DNA from: Minisyncoccia bacterium
Lineage (GTDB): Bacteria; Patescibacteriota; Minisyncoccia; Phycocordibacterales; CAJBRS01
DNA length: 64,000 bases
NCBI GenBank assembly: GCA_038215155.1
Contig: JBBQRF010000001.1
Location: forward strand, 142,205 to 206,204
Reading direction: 5' to 3'
Positions 1-7,839 of the stretch are shown piece after piece; position 1 is the stretch's first letter, and each line of letters starts with the position of its first letter. A program made the translations under genes and the position numbers. The notes beneath the pieces were generated by a model that saw nothing but the letters and a program-made list of their open reading frames with translations, searched no databases and was not told where the DNA came from.

Positions 1-37
1 TACTTAGTCGGCGGTATTGAGGAAATAAATAAATAAT

Positions 38-388
38 ATGGAATCCCCGAGATCAGAATTTGAAAATGATGGCTGGGAAATTGCCGATTTTATAGAGATC
101 TCGGACCCTGAAGAACGAGGAGGCCTTATTGCGCAGATAGCAACCATTTTAAGTACCACAGATGACTCCTTTAATGCTCAAGTACATGAAGACGATATGT
201 TAGCCTACGGCAGCAAGGCCATGATAGAGAATATTAGAAAAGCCATTAAAATGGGTCAAATTAATTCTAAGGCTCGTTGGTTACCTACATTAAATAAACA
301 ACTTTTAAGATTTGAAATTTATATGTCCGATTCAACTAGAGATCTAGAAAAAGGCCGAAAAGAATTGGAGGGCGAGACCAGCATATAA
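38..388 (+). CDS. hypothetical protein
   Basis: 116-aa ORF, GAGG upstream, abuts atpC; no recognisable motif. Confidence 0.5.
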   Translation: MESPRSEFENDGWEIADFIEISDPEERGGLIAQIATILSTTDDSFNAQVHEDDMLAYGSKAMIENIRKAIKMGQINSKARWLPTLNKQLLRFEIYMSDSTRDLEKGRKELEGETSI

Positions 389-389
389 T

Positions 390-623
390 ATGAAACTCTA
401 TATTTACTCATTGGAAAGTATAGTTTACGAAGGAGAGGCCGAGGTAATTACCTTGCCTACCCGTGAAGGTGAGATTAGTGTCTTAGAGAATCATGTTCCT
501 CTTATTTCTGAATTGAAAGCAGGTGAGATCGTGGTCAGAAACGGACAGAATATAGAAGAGTTCCCTATCACTGGTGGTTTTGCCGAAATCAAACCTAAAA
601 AGACCATCTTGTTAGTAGAATAG
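390..623 (+). CDS. atpC: F-type ATP synthase epsilon subunit (N-terminal beta-sandwich only)
   Basis: LPTREGEISVLENHVPLISEL...ITGGFAEI signature; 77 aa, no C-terminal helices. Confidence 0.88.
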   Translation: MKLYIYSLESIVYEGEAEVITLPTREGEISVLENHVPLISELKAGEIVVRNGQNIEEFPITGGFAEIKPKKTILLVE

Positions 624-664
624 CTTGCTTATAAAGGCTGGGAGAGTATGATAAAAAAAGACCA

Positions 665-1525
665 ATGAACTTTCTAAATAAAGACAAGATTAGACCATTT
701 ACCAAGGAGGAGGCAGAGAATTTCGTTTACGAGCAAATCTACGAACTTCCCACCTATATCCTAAAACCGGAATTCATTCCGACAGCCAAACATGTTCATT
801 GTATTGACGATAGACATGTGGAAGATGATACTTTTTTGGCCTTTCCAGGTGCTAAGGCAGGAGAATTAGTCACTCATTTAACGGCCTTAAATGAGGAGCA
901 GAAATGCCTGGGGAGATCTATTGGTTACCTTCCTCAGATGGTCACCACTGCTTTTGAGCAATATTTGGGGATGCCGAATTTCCATACCGATGATCATGCC
1001 GGTCCTGAAGATCTGCCTTGTCGTGGGCGCGGACATTGTTTTAATCCCCTAATCCATCCTGAAGATTACAATCTAAATCATGAAATGGTTATCTTCTTGG
1101 AAAATTATTTTCAGGACTTAGGTAAAAGGATTAAGAAAAATAACGATCCAGAACGTCCTGGCTTTAATCCTGATGAAGTAATTCGGATTCCGATTTATTC
1201 GGGTGAACACCAGGCGCGCGCTATCTTTTTTGTGGATGATCTAACCTTAGGTCTTCGGCATAATGATGGTGAGAGCCAGGCGTATGTCTACAGCAGGGCT
1301 TGGCATCAGCGTTCGCTTCGATTAACGGCTTCACAGATTTTCTTTCGAGTGCTACTAATTCTTGCTCCGGAGGTGGATCTTCTCTCATATCAGGAAAAAA
1401 TTGTACCAGAAATCGCTTCTCTTCGTCTTGGCAGCACAGTTAAGTATCTAAAAGCCGGTAACTTGCCGAAATTTAGTGTCAAACGAGATGCGCGAAAAGA
1501 AATAATAGTTGTCCCGTTAGGTTAA
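665..1525 (+). CDS. putative carbonic-anhydrase-like protein (CDCA/beta-CA-like motifs)
   Basis: CIDDR, FPGAKAG, HTDDH, CRGRGH, GEH motifs resemble CxDxR...HxDxH...GCG. Confidence 0.5.
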   Translation: MNFLNKDKIRPFTKEEAENFVYEQIYELPTYILKPEFIPTAKHVHCIDDRHVEDDTFLAFPGAKAGELVTHLTALNEEQKCLGRSIGYLPQMVTTAFEQYLGMPNFHTDDHAGPEDLPCRGRGHCFNPLIHPEDYNLNHEMVIFLENYFQDLGKRIKKNNDPERPGFNPDEVIRIPIYSGEHQARAIFFVDDLTLGLRHNDGESQAYVYSRAWHQRSLRLTASQIFFRVLLILAPEVDLLSYQEKIVPEIASLRLGSTVKYLKAGNLPKFSVKRDARKEIIVVPLG

Positions 1526-1545
1526 CCGGCGAAAGTCGGTTTTTT
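1525..1545 (+). terminator. intrinsic terminator
   Basis: ACCGGC-GAAA-GTCGGT followed by a T run between convergent genes. Confidence 0.6.
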
Positions 1546-2752
1546 ATTTATATTGCCGAAGAAAATTTTCCTTGAATTCTGGAAAATTTTCTTCTAGGAT
1601 AGACCGGCGAATATCTTTCATCAGGTGAACAATAAAATAGAGATTATGAATGGAAGCAAGGGTGCCTCCAAGAATTTCCTTAGCTCTAAAGAGATGTGCG
1701 AGGTAGGCGGCGGTGAAATTTTGACAAGTATAGCAAGTACAGCCAGAATCAATTGGGCTAAAATCTGAACGAAAGCGAGCATTTAAAATATTTATCTTCC
1801 CTTGCTTTGTATACATTGAACCGTTTCGGCCAATTCGAGTAGGAGCGACGCAGTCAAAAAGGTCACATCCATTTTCCACCCCTCCAAACAGATCTTCCGG
1901 CTCGCCAATGCCGAGCAAGTGCCGAGGACGGTCTTCGGGCAAAACACTATTGACCCATTCTACCGCCGTATTCATGTCCTCCTTGGCAAAAGAGCCACCG
2001 ATGCCGAAACCATCAAAAGCCATGTCGCCTATAATTTTAGCGCTTTCTTTACGTAATTCTTCATGCCGCCCACCTTGGACAATGCCAAAAAGAGCTTGGG
2101 ATTCGGCTCTTTCGGAGTGCGATTGATGCTCTGCCAAGCTTCGCTTGGCCCATCGATGTGTCCTGTCCAACGCCTCTTGCTGATATTTAATAGGTTCCGT
2201 TGGTGAAGTGCATTCATCAAAAGCAAAAATGATGTCAGCGCCAATATTATGCTGAACCTCAATTGATTTTTCTGGCGTAAAATAGTGGGCGCTACCGTCA
2301 ATATTAGATTTAAACATCACTCCGTCATGATCAATGTTAACTAGCGATAGATCATCACGTTCTTTAATAATTTTCCCTTCTGGTAAATAGAGAGGTTCTT
2401 CCCCTTTCACTACCTTGCTAATATTTTTGCCGTAAGCTGCCCCAAGGGAAAATACCTGAAAACCACCCGAGTCAGTCATGGTGGGCTTCTGCCAATTCAT
2501 GAACTTAGCCAAGCCGCCGGCCTCTTTAATTAATTTTTCACCCGGTTCTAGATAGAGGTGATATGTATTGCCAATTAATAATTCCGCGCCAATCTCTGCA
2601 AGTTGAGCAGGAGTAATACCTTTTACAGAGGCCTTTGTGCCCACGGGCACAAAGGCCGGGGTTTCAATCCGGCCGTGTGGCGTCTCCAATACTCCCGCCC
2701 GCCCCAATTTCCCCTTCAGTTTTTTCTCAATCGTAAATTTAATAGGCGCCAT
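1544..2752 (-). CDS. tgt: tRNA-guanine transglycosylase
   Basis: TPAFVPVGT, TDSGGFQVFSL, GIVQGG, FDCVAPTR, CxCxxC...H zinc site. Confidence 0.96.
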   Translation of the reverse strand: MAPIKFTIEKKLKGKLGRAGVLETPHGRIETPAFVPVGTKASVKGITPAQLAEIGAELLIGNTYHLYLEPGEKLIKEAGGLAKFMNWQKPTMTDSGGFQVFSLGAAYGKNISKVVKGEEPLYLPEGKIIKERDDLSLVNIDHDGVMFKSNIDGSAHYFTPEKSIEVQHNIGADIIFAFDECTSPTEPIKYQQEALDRTHRWAKRSLAEHQSHSERAESQALFGIVQGGRHEELRKESAKIIGDMAFDGFGIGGSFAKEDMNTAVEWVNSVLPEDRPRHLLGIGEPEDLFGGVENGCDLFDCVAPTRIGRNGSMYTKQGKINILNARFRSDFSPIDSGCTCYTCQNFTAAYLAHLFRAKEILGGTLASIHNLYFIVHLMKDIRRSILEENFPEFKENFLRQYK

Positions 2753-2786
2753 AAAATTATAGTTTCAGTTCAGATCGAAATTCGAA

Positions 2787-2852
2787 CGCAACCTACAACT
2801 TTTAGCGAGACTTTCCCGTTATGGCCTGTCTCGATAAAAGTTCGTAGGTGCG
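2787..2852. repeat. imperfect long hairpin in tgt leader
   Basis: ACCTAC-AACTTTT-CGAGAC pairs with GTCTCG-AAAAGTT-GTAGGT. Confidence 0.6.
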
Positions 2853-2866
2853 GAAGAATTTAGCGG

Positions 2867-3355
2867 TTATTTACTCTGCACCTTCAACAACTCCACTTCA
2901 AAATGCAAGGTAGAATTTCCAGGAATCGGTCCCACCGCATTAGCGCCATATCCTAGATCAGGTGGAATAATTAGATCTCTTTTACCTCCTTCTTTCATAC
3001 CTGCTACTCCCAGATCCCAACCCTTAATCACCTGCCCTGCCCCCAGAGTGAAGGAGAACGGCTGTCCGTGATCGTACGAGCTGTCAAATTTTGTACCATC
3101 TGGAAAAGTGCCTACGTAATTGACGGTCACAAGATCGCCTGCCTTGGCTTCGGCTCCCGCCCCAATAATTACATCTTTAACCGCTAAGCTATTAACAGGG
3201 GTAGAGCTAGCTTCTTCATTTGCATTTTCATTTGATAGAGTCATATTTGGTTTTGGATTAATAAATCCGTGTAAATATCCGTAAATAATAAAAATAATAA
3301 CTACGGCGATGGCCGCACTGACGGCTATCCATTGGTTTTGGCTTAATTTTTTCAT
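2867..3355 (-). CDS. membrane-anchored FKBP-type peptidyl-prolyl isomerase
   Basis: N-terminal TM; VNYVG, FDSS, VIKGWD, IPPDLGYG, IPGNSTLHFEVEL. Confidence 0.93.
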   Translation of the reverse strand: MKKLSQNQWIAVSAAIAVVIIFIIYGYLHGFINPKPNMTLSNENANEEASSTPVNSLAVKDVIIGAGAEAKAGDLVTVNYVGTFPDGTKFDSSYDHGQPFSFTLGAGQVIKGWDLGVAGMKEGGKRDLIIPPDLGYGANAVGPIPGNSTLHFEVELLKVQSK

Positions 3356-3370
3356 ATATGTATATTATAC

Positions 3371-3631
3371 CTAATTTAAAAAACCCTCCAATTTTAAGAT
3401 TTTTCGTTTGGCCTTTTCTCCCCCACGATTATAATTTCCAATTTTTCCATCCGAACGAATCACTCGATGACAAGGCACGTCCTTGCGAAAGTTTTTACTT
3501 AAAACCATGCCCACTGCTCGCGAAGAGTTGGGCTGGCCAATTTTAACTGCCACTTCTTTATAAGTTAAAATTCTTCCTTTCGGAATTTTCTGGACAACTT
3601 TATAGACTTTCTCGGCGAATTTACTCTGCAT
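3371..3631 (-). CDS. MGMT family methylated-DNA-protein-cysteine methyltransferase (C-terminal domain)
   Basis: IPKGRILTY, RAVG, PCHRV active-site motif; start moved to ATG 3631. Confidence 0.88.
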   Translation of the reverse strand: MQSKFAEKVYKVVQKIPKGRILTYKEVAVKIGQPNSSRAVGMVLSKNFRKDVPCHRVIRSDGKIGNYNRGGEKAKRKILKLEGFLN

Positions 3632-3956
3632 GTTTAGTACGATGATGGTCCCGGTGAGCACGATTCGCGGGATGATGACGATGGACCTTATGGCGCCAAT
3701 GACGGCCATGCCACCAGGTAGGATATTGGCCTGTTCTAAAAGAAAAAAGATCGTAGACCAGAAGAATTACCACTGCTTCGAGTAGAAAGTGAAAAAAACC
3801 TCCTCCGGCAGGATATGCGATCTGAAGATCAACGACAAATAAATAAATCAGAAAAAATAAACACGAAAGTGCCACCACCCAGCCGGGAAAATTTACAGGA
3901 TAGTAGGCGGCAAAATCACCAATTCTTTTAGGTTTAAACCAGTAGCGATTACTCAT
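3621..3956 (-). CDS. small membrane protein with His/Arg-rich tail
   Basis: YWFKPKR N-terminus, two TM segments, overlaps neighbours. Confidence 0.6.
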   Translation of the reverse strand: MSNRYWFKPKRIGDFAAYYPVNFPGWVVALSCLFFLIYLFVVDLQIAYPAGGGFFHFLLEAVVILLVYDLFSFRTGQYPTWWHGRHWRHKVHRHHPANRAHRDHHRTKHAE

Positions 3957-4533
3957 AAAGAGATTTTAACACAAACCTAGAGACAATATTAATACCTACA
4001 AAAGAAATTAGCATGCATATGCCCCAGAAAGTAATAATGGCCCAGAGTATCCGACTTTCTCGCCACTCTACTTCTTTCAGGGATCGGCCAGCCAATACGA
4101 AGCCGCTAGTAGAAGCATTTTGATACGAAACTACGACTGTGGCGATGCGGGTATCTTTTCTCGGTTGCCACGTAAGACGCTCTTCACCCATCCTCCGAAC
4201 ATTTTCAAAGATTCCCGGTGGAGGCTTGGGAAGGGATCCCTCAAAAATAGCGTTAGATATTAAAGGATTACCTCCCTTGTCGTAGATCACTAAAAAGGGG
4301 CTAAGGCTCTTATCAATCTCCATATTTCCCTGTCCTACAAGGGAATTAGGAGAAACACCGCCCGAAAGCAAACGGGCGGCGTCCTCCGCAATGGCAATTT
4401 GAGGATCATTCGCCCCTAATCTCAAGTCTTGTTGAACACTAAAATAAATAGTCCCAAAAATAATGGATATGACGGTCGCGGGAAAAAGCCACAGTATAAT
4501 CGGTTGGATAATTATTCTCGGGTGAATAATCAT
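3949..4533 (-). CDS. two-TM membrane protein with extracytoplasmic domain
   Basis: TM - ANDPQ...VLAGRSL - TM architecture; coupled to neighbours. Confidence 0.65.
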   Translation of the reverse strand: MIIHPRIIIQPIILWLFPATVISIIFGTIYFSVQQDLRLGANDPQIAIAEDAARLLSGGVSPNSLVGQGNMEIDKSLSPFLVIYDKGGNPLISNAIFEGSLPKPPPGIFENVRRMGEERLTWQPRKDTRIATVVVSYQNASTSGFVLAGRSLKEVEWRESRILWAIITFWGICMLISFVGINIVSRFVLKSLYE

Positions 4534-5195
4534 TTATTTAATAGACTATCAATTTTAGCTTTCAAAGCGGAGACAGTTAAATTATTATCAACTTCTTCCC
4601 CATTAATGAAGACCGTAGGAGTGTGATTGAGCCCAAGACGATTAGCATCGGCTAAATCGGCGCTAATGTGATCTTGATAAGTATTATTTGTGACTTCTTG
4701 TTGAAATTTTTCTACGTTCAGGCCAAGATCTTTAGCAAAACCCTTGAAAATAGTAATTGGATCTTTTGTTACGTTAGGATCCCACTGCGCCTGATTCTGA
4801 TAAAGCATCTCGTACATTGGCCAAAATTTTCCTTGTGCGCCGGCCGCTTCTGCCGCTTCGGCGCTGACTTTTGCGTATTGATGCTGGCTTAAAGGAAAGT
4901 GACGGAAGACGAAATTAAAGTTTGGGTTATTTTGATATGAATCGGTAACTTGTTTAATGATTGGAAAGGCAGCTCCACAAGCTGGGCATTGAAAATCTCC
5001 AAATTCCACCATGGTTACTTTGGCCGTACTAGAACCGGTCATATGACTGTCACTTTTTACTAAAAGCGCAGCCTTCTCCCCACTGACGGCCGGTGGAGCG
5101 ACGAAAGAAGAACTCTTGGCAACTAAGACTCCGATAATAATTAAAAAAACTAGAGCAATACTACTGATGATGATGGCTTCGCGTGATATTTTCAT
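4530..5195 (-). CDS. dsbA: DsbA-family thiol-disulfide oxidoreductase
   Basis: EFGDFQCPAC, FRHFPL, TPT cis-Pro motif, N-terminal anchor. Confidence 0.9.
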   Translation of the reverse strand: MKISREAIIISSIALVFLIIIGVLVAKSSSFVAPPAVSGEKAALLVKSDSHMTGSSTAKVTMVEFGDFQCPACGAAFPIIKQVTDSYQNNPNFNFVFRHFPLSQHQYAKVSAEAAEAAGAQGKFWPMYEMLYQNQAQWDPNVTKDPITIFKGFAKDLGLNVEKFQQEVTNNTYQDHISADLADANRLGLNHTPTVFINGEEVDNNLTVSALKAKIDSLLNK

Positions 5196-5196
5196 A

Positions 5197-5625
5197 TTAA
5201 ATATTAATTTTATTAAGATGGCGGTAAATTATCATTAGGATAGTAATTAAAGTGGAGGCGGTCAAGGCAAGGAGAGGAATGGTAATAAAGCCGCCCCATT
5301 CAATGTATTTAGTGGTGCAGGAAACTCCCTGAAGACACGGGGCGGCACTTTCTGGCAGAATATTGTAGTAGAGAAGATTGTGATAGAGGCCGAAAAGCAT
5401 GGCAGTCATAGAAAGTGGCAATACATATTGATAGACTTTATTATCTTTGCGCAAAATACCGACGGCCAGTATGAAGGCCAGAGGATAAAGAAAGATACGC
5501 TGATACCAGCAAAGCACGCAGGGAGGGAATTTCATCACTTCACTGAAAAATAGGCTCCCCCCAAGAGCTAAAAGGGAAATAAACCAGGTTAAATAGAGAA
5601 GATGTCTTTCAGCAAAAACTTTCAC
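5197..5625 (-). CDS. dsbB: disulfide bond formation protein (DsbB/BdbC family)
   Basis: PCVLCWYQR and second Cys pair; start set at GTG 5625 just after TGTTATAAT. Confidence 0.88.
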   Translation of the reverse strand: MKVFAERHLLYLTWFISLLALGGSLFFSEVMKFPPCVLCWYQRIFLYPLAFILAVGILRKDNKVYQYVLPLSMTAMLFGLYHNLLYYNILPESAAPCLQGVSCTTKYIEWGGFITIPLLALTASTLITILMIIYRHLNKINI

Positions 5626-5639
5626 ATTTAAATTATAAC

Positions 5640-5670
5640 AAAGCAGGCCTCGCTTCGCGAGGCCTGCTTT
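5640..5670. terminator. hairpin, probable terminator of the upstream secreted-protein gene
   Basis: AAAGCAGGCCTCGC-TTC-GCGAGGCCTGCTTT perfect stem. Confidence 0.6.
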
Positions 5671-5694
5671 TTCCCTTCTTTCTTCAGAAAACAA

Positions 5695-6555
5695 TTAATG
5701 ATGAGTGGAAGTAGCTGTGCTCGAAGCATTATGATGATTGGAAGTAGCTGTGCTCGAAGCATGCTTATGAGAATCTTTTTCCAATTCTTTTAGTGCTTTC
5801 CTAATAGTCTCAGCATCTTCTCTAGCCGCTTTAAGATCCTCCTTTGCTGTCTTAATCATGTCACGAGCATTTTTTAAGGCCTGCTGGTTAGCATCTTGTT
5901 TTGTCTTATCTCCATTGTCCGGTGTAAGGGCTAGCGTACTTGAAGCAGCAGCAGCGGCCTTTAATTTAGCGTCAGCTAGCTTTGCGTAGTAGTCACTAAG
6001 GGTGGCACTTAGACTGGAAGTGCTTCCAGTGGCCACGCCGGAGATTCTAGTCTGAAACTTAGCACCTATGCCATTCATCATATCAACTACCACATTAATT
6101 CGGTCAGCCGCCAACACAATCTCAATTTGAGGCATCACTAACTTATAGATTCGAAAAGACGAGGTAATTGAAGCGATATCATTTTTCAGAACTGTAGCAT
6201 CCGTATCAGCATCAATTTTTGCCTTTAAAGTATTAAGATCATTAATTGAAGCTTGAACTTTTGCCACTAAACTTACTTTCGAACTTGTGGCAATCTTCTT
6301 CATGTCATTAATCCGTGCTTGAAGATGAGTTAAGTCCGAGATTCTATCATCGATCATTTTATCAGCCCGGGCAATCTCATTACTTAACTTACGAGTGCTA
6401 GTGGCTGTTGATGAAGCAAGGTGTCTGTCCCCTTCGTGGTGATCTTGTGTGCTTGAAGCATCATCATGTCCCACTCTACCCCCTTCGGCCAAAGTAAAAC
6501 TAGCGGTTCCGAAAAGAAGTGCCAAACTTAAAATTCCGTATACGATTTTTTTCAT
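5695..6555 (-). CDS. secreted coiled-coil protein with ASSTATS/His-rich termini
   Basis: signal peptide, helical heptads, 24-bp direct repeat at 5706 and 5739. Confidence 0.75.
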   Translation of the reverse strand: MKKIVYGILSLALLFGTASFTLAEGGRVGHDDASSTQDHHEGDRHLASSTATSTRKLSNEIARADKMIDDRISDLTHLQARINDMKKIATSSKVSLVAKVQASINDLNTLKAKIDADTDATVLKNDIASITSSFRIYKLVMPQIEIVLAADRINVVVDMMNGIGAKFQTRISGVATGSTSSLSATLSDYYAKLADAKLKAAAAASSTLALTPDNGDKTKQDANQQALKNARDMIKTAKEDLKAAREDAETIRKALKELEKDSHKHASSTATSNHHNASSTATSTHH

Positions 6556-6566
6556 ATTTGTATAAT

Positions 6567-6791
6567 TTAACGATTTCCTTGATAAAGTCCCTTCATTTGG
6601 GCATCCACCTTAGCTAGGTCTGACTGCAAGTCTGAATCAGAGTTTCCTGCCGAAAGACTGGTAGAATCCAGAGCTGAAGCTCCATTCGGATACTTATTAC
6701 TAAAGTGCTGGCTAGTAGCCATCCAGGCAATAACACCTACTATCACCAGAATTAGAACGACTCCTAGAACAGTTTGAGTATTTTTATTCAT
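6567..6791 (-). CDS. small single-TM protein
   Basis: MNKNTQTVLGVVLILV...; start moved to ATG 6791. Confidence 0.6.
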   Translation of the reverse strand: MNKNTQTVLGVVLILVIVGVIAWMATSQHFSNKYPNGASALDSTSLSAGNSDSDLQSDLAKVDAQMKGLYQGNR

Positions 6792-6801
6792 TTTTAAAAG
6801 C

Positions 6802-7839
6802 CTAATTAATAATTCCCTCCTGCCGCATATTATACCACAGCCTACTCGCCAGATTGTCAATACTAAAGGAGGAGGGAGTAACTAGTAAATAGAGGGATGC
6901 GCCAAAGAGAATAAGGTGGGGCCATACTGCCTCACCAAATAAGAATAGAGACAAAGTAAGATAGAAGAGGCTAATTGTGACGACTAAGCGGGTTTGAAAG
7001 CCGAAGATGATACATAAGCCAATGAGAGCTTCCACTATCCCCGCCCCGAGGACAATTAGCAAGGGATCGTGCGGAAAAAGAAAATGAAAACGAGGGAGAT
7101 CATAGCCATTAACTACCGCCAGAGTGATAGCGGGATGAAGAAACTTAACATAAACGGCTGCATAGAGGAGGGCCAGACCGTAACTAATTCTAATAATTGG
7201 TTGCTCCCACTCTAGTTTAGTCCAAAGCCCTCTTCTCTTAAAAAAGAGGTAGTCTAGAGAATAGATTCCGGAGCCAAAAAAGATTAAAGCAAGAAATTCT
7301 CCGACGTAGCTTAAATAATTAAATAAATAAGCGCCGAAGGCAATAGCCGAAAGCTTTAAGACTATTATAGAGATCAGCCCTGCTGCTTCAGAAAATAATC
7401 CTAAAGCGATTAGAGCGCTAAGAAGGTAGAGGACGATTCTTATATAAGGAATGAAGGTAAGCTGATTTAAAGAAAGTTCCGGTCCGAGAAAGTTTTGAGA
7501 ATAGGCAGAATAAAAAAGGGCGGCCGCAACAGCCAGTCGAATGAAGATGGCGCCAAAATTGCCCAAGCGCTCAATTTTGGCGCTCAACTTATTCCCCACT
7601 CCTGATTGTTGAAATATAAAATTAGCAATTACTAAAACAAATATTCCAATACCAATTAATACCACTAACTGAATATTGGCCGGATCTAAAAGGGCGCGAA
7701 AAGGGTGGACGGTCGAATCCCTAAAACTTTGAGCAATTTCTCCCTCTGATAAAACATAAACTTCGTGTGCACTAGAAGATATCGGGAGACTAAAAAGTAA
7801 GAGGGCTAAGAAGTAAAATAGATTTTTCCAGTTACTCAT
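6802..7839 (-). CDS. DoxX-like polytopic membrane protein
   Basis: signal + AHEVYV, two repeated DoxX-like TM bundles, EAVWPHL. Confidence 0.7.
   Translation of the reverse strand: MSNWKNLFYFLALLLFSLPISSSAHEVYVLSEGEIAQSFRDSTVHPFRALLDPANIQLVVLIGIGIFVLVIANFIFQQSGVGNKLSAKIERLGNFGAIFIRLAVAAALFYSAYSQNFLGPELSLNQLTFIPYIRIVLYLLSALIALGLFSEAAGLISIIVLKLSAIAFGAYLFNYLSYVGEFLALIFFGSGIYSLDYLFFKRRGLWTKLEWEQPIIRISYGLALLYAAVYVKFLHPAITLAVVNGYDLPRFHFLFPHDPLLIVLGAGIVEALIGLCIIFGFQTRLVVTISLFYLTLSLFLFGEAVWPHLILFGASLYLLVTPSSFSIDNLASRLWYNMRQEGIIN

Noticed and set aside
2753-2866. preQ1 riboswitch upstream of tgt
   Set aside because: No recognisable preQ1 aptamer stem-loop with an A-rich tail; only a generic hairpin.
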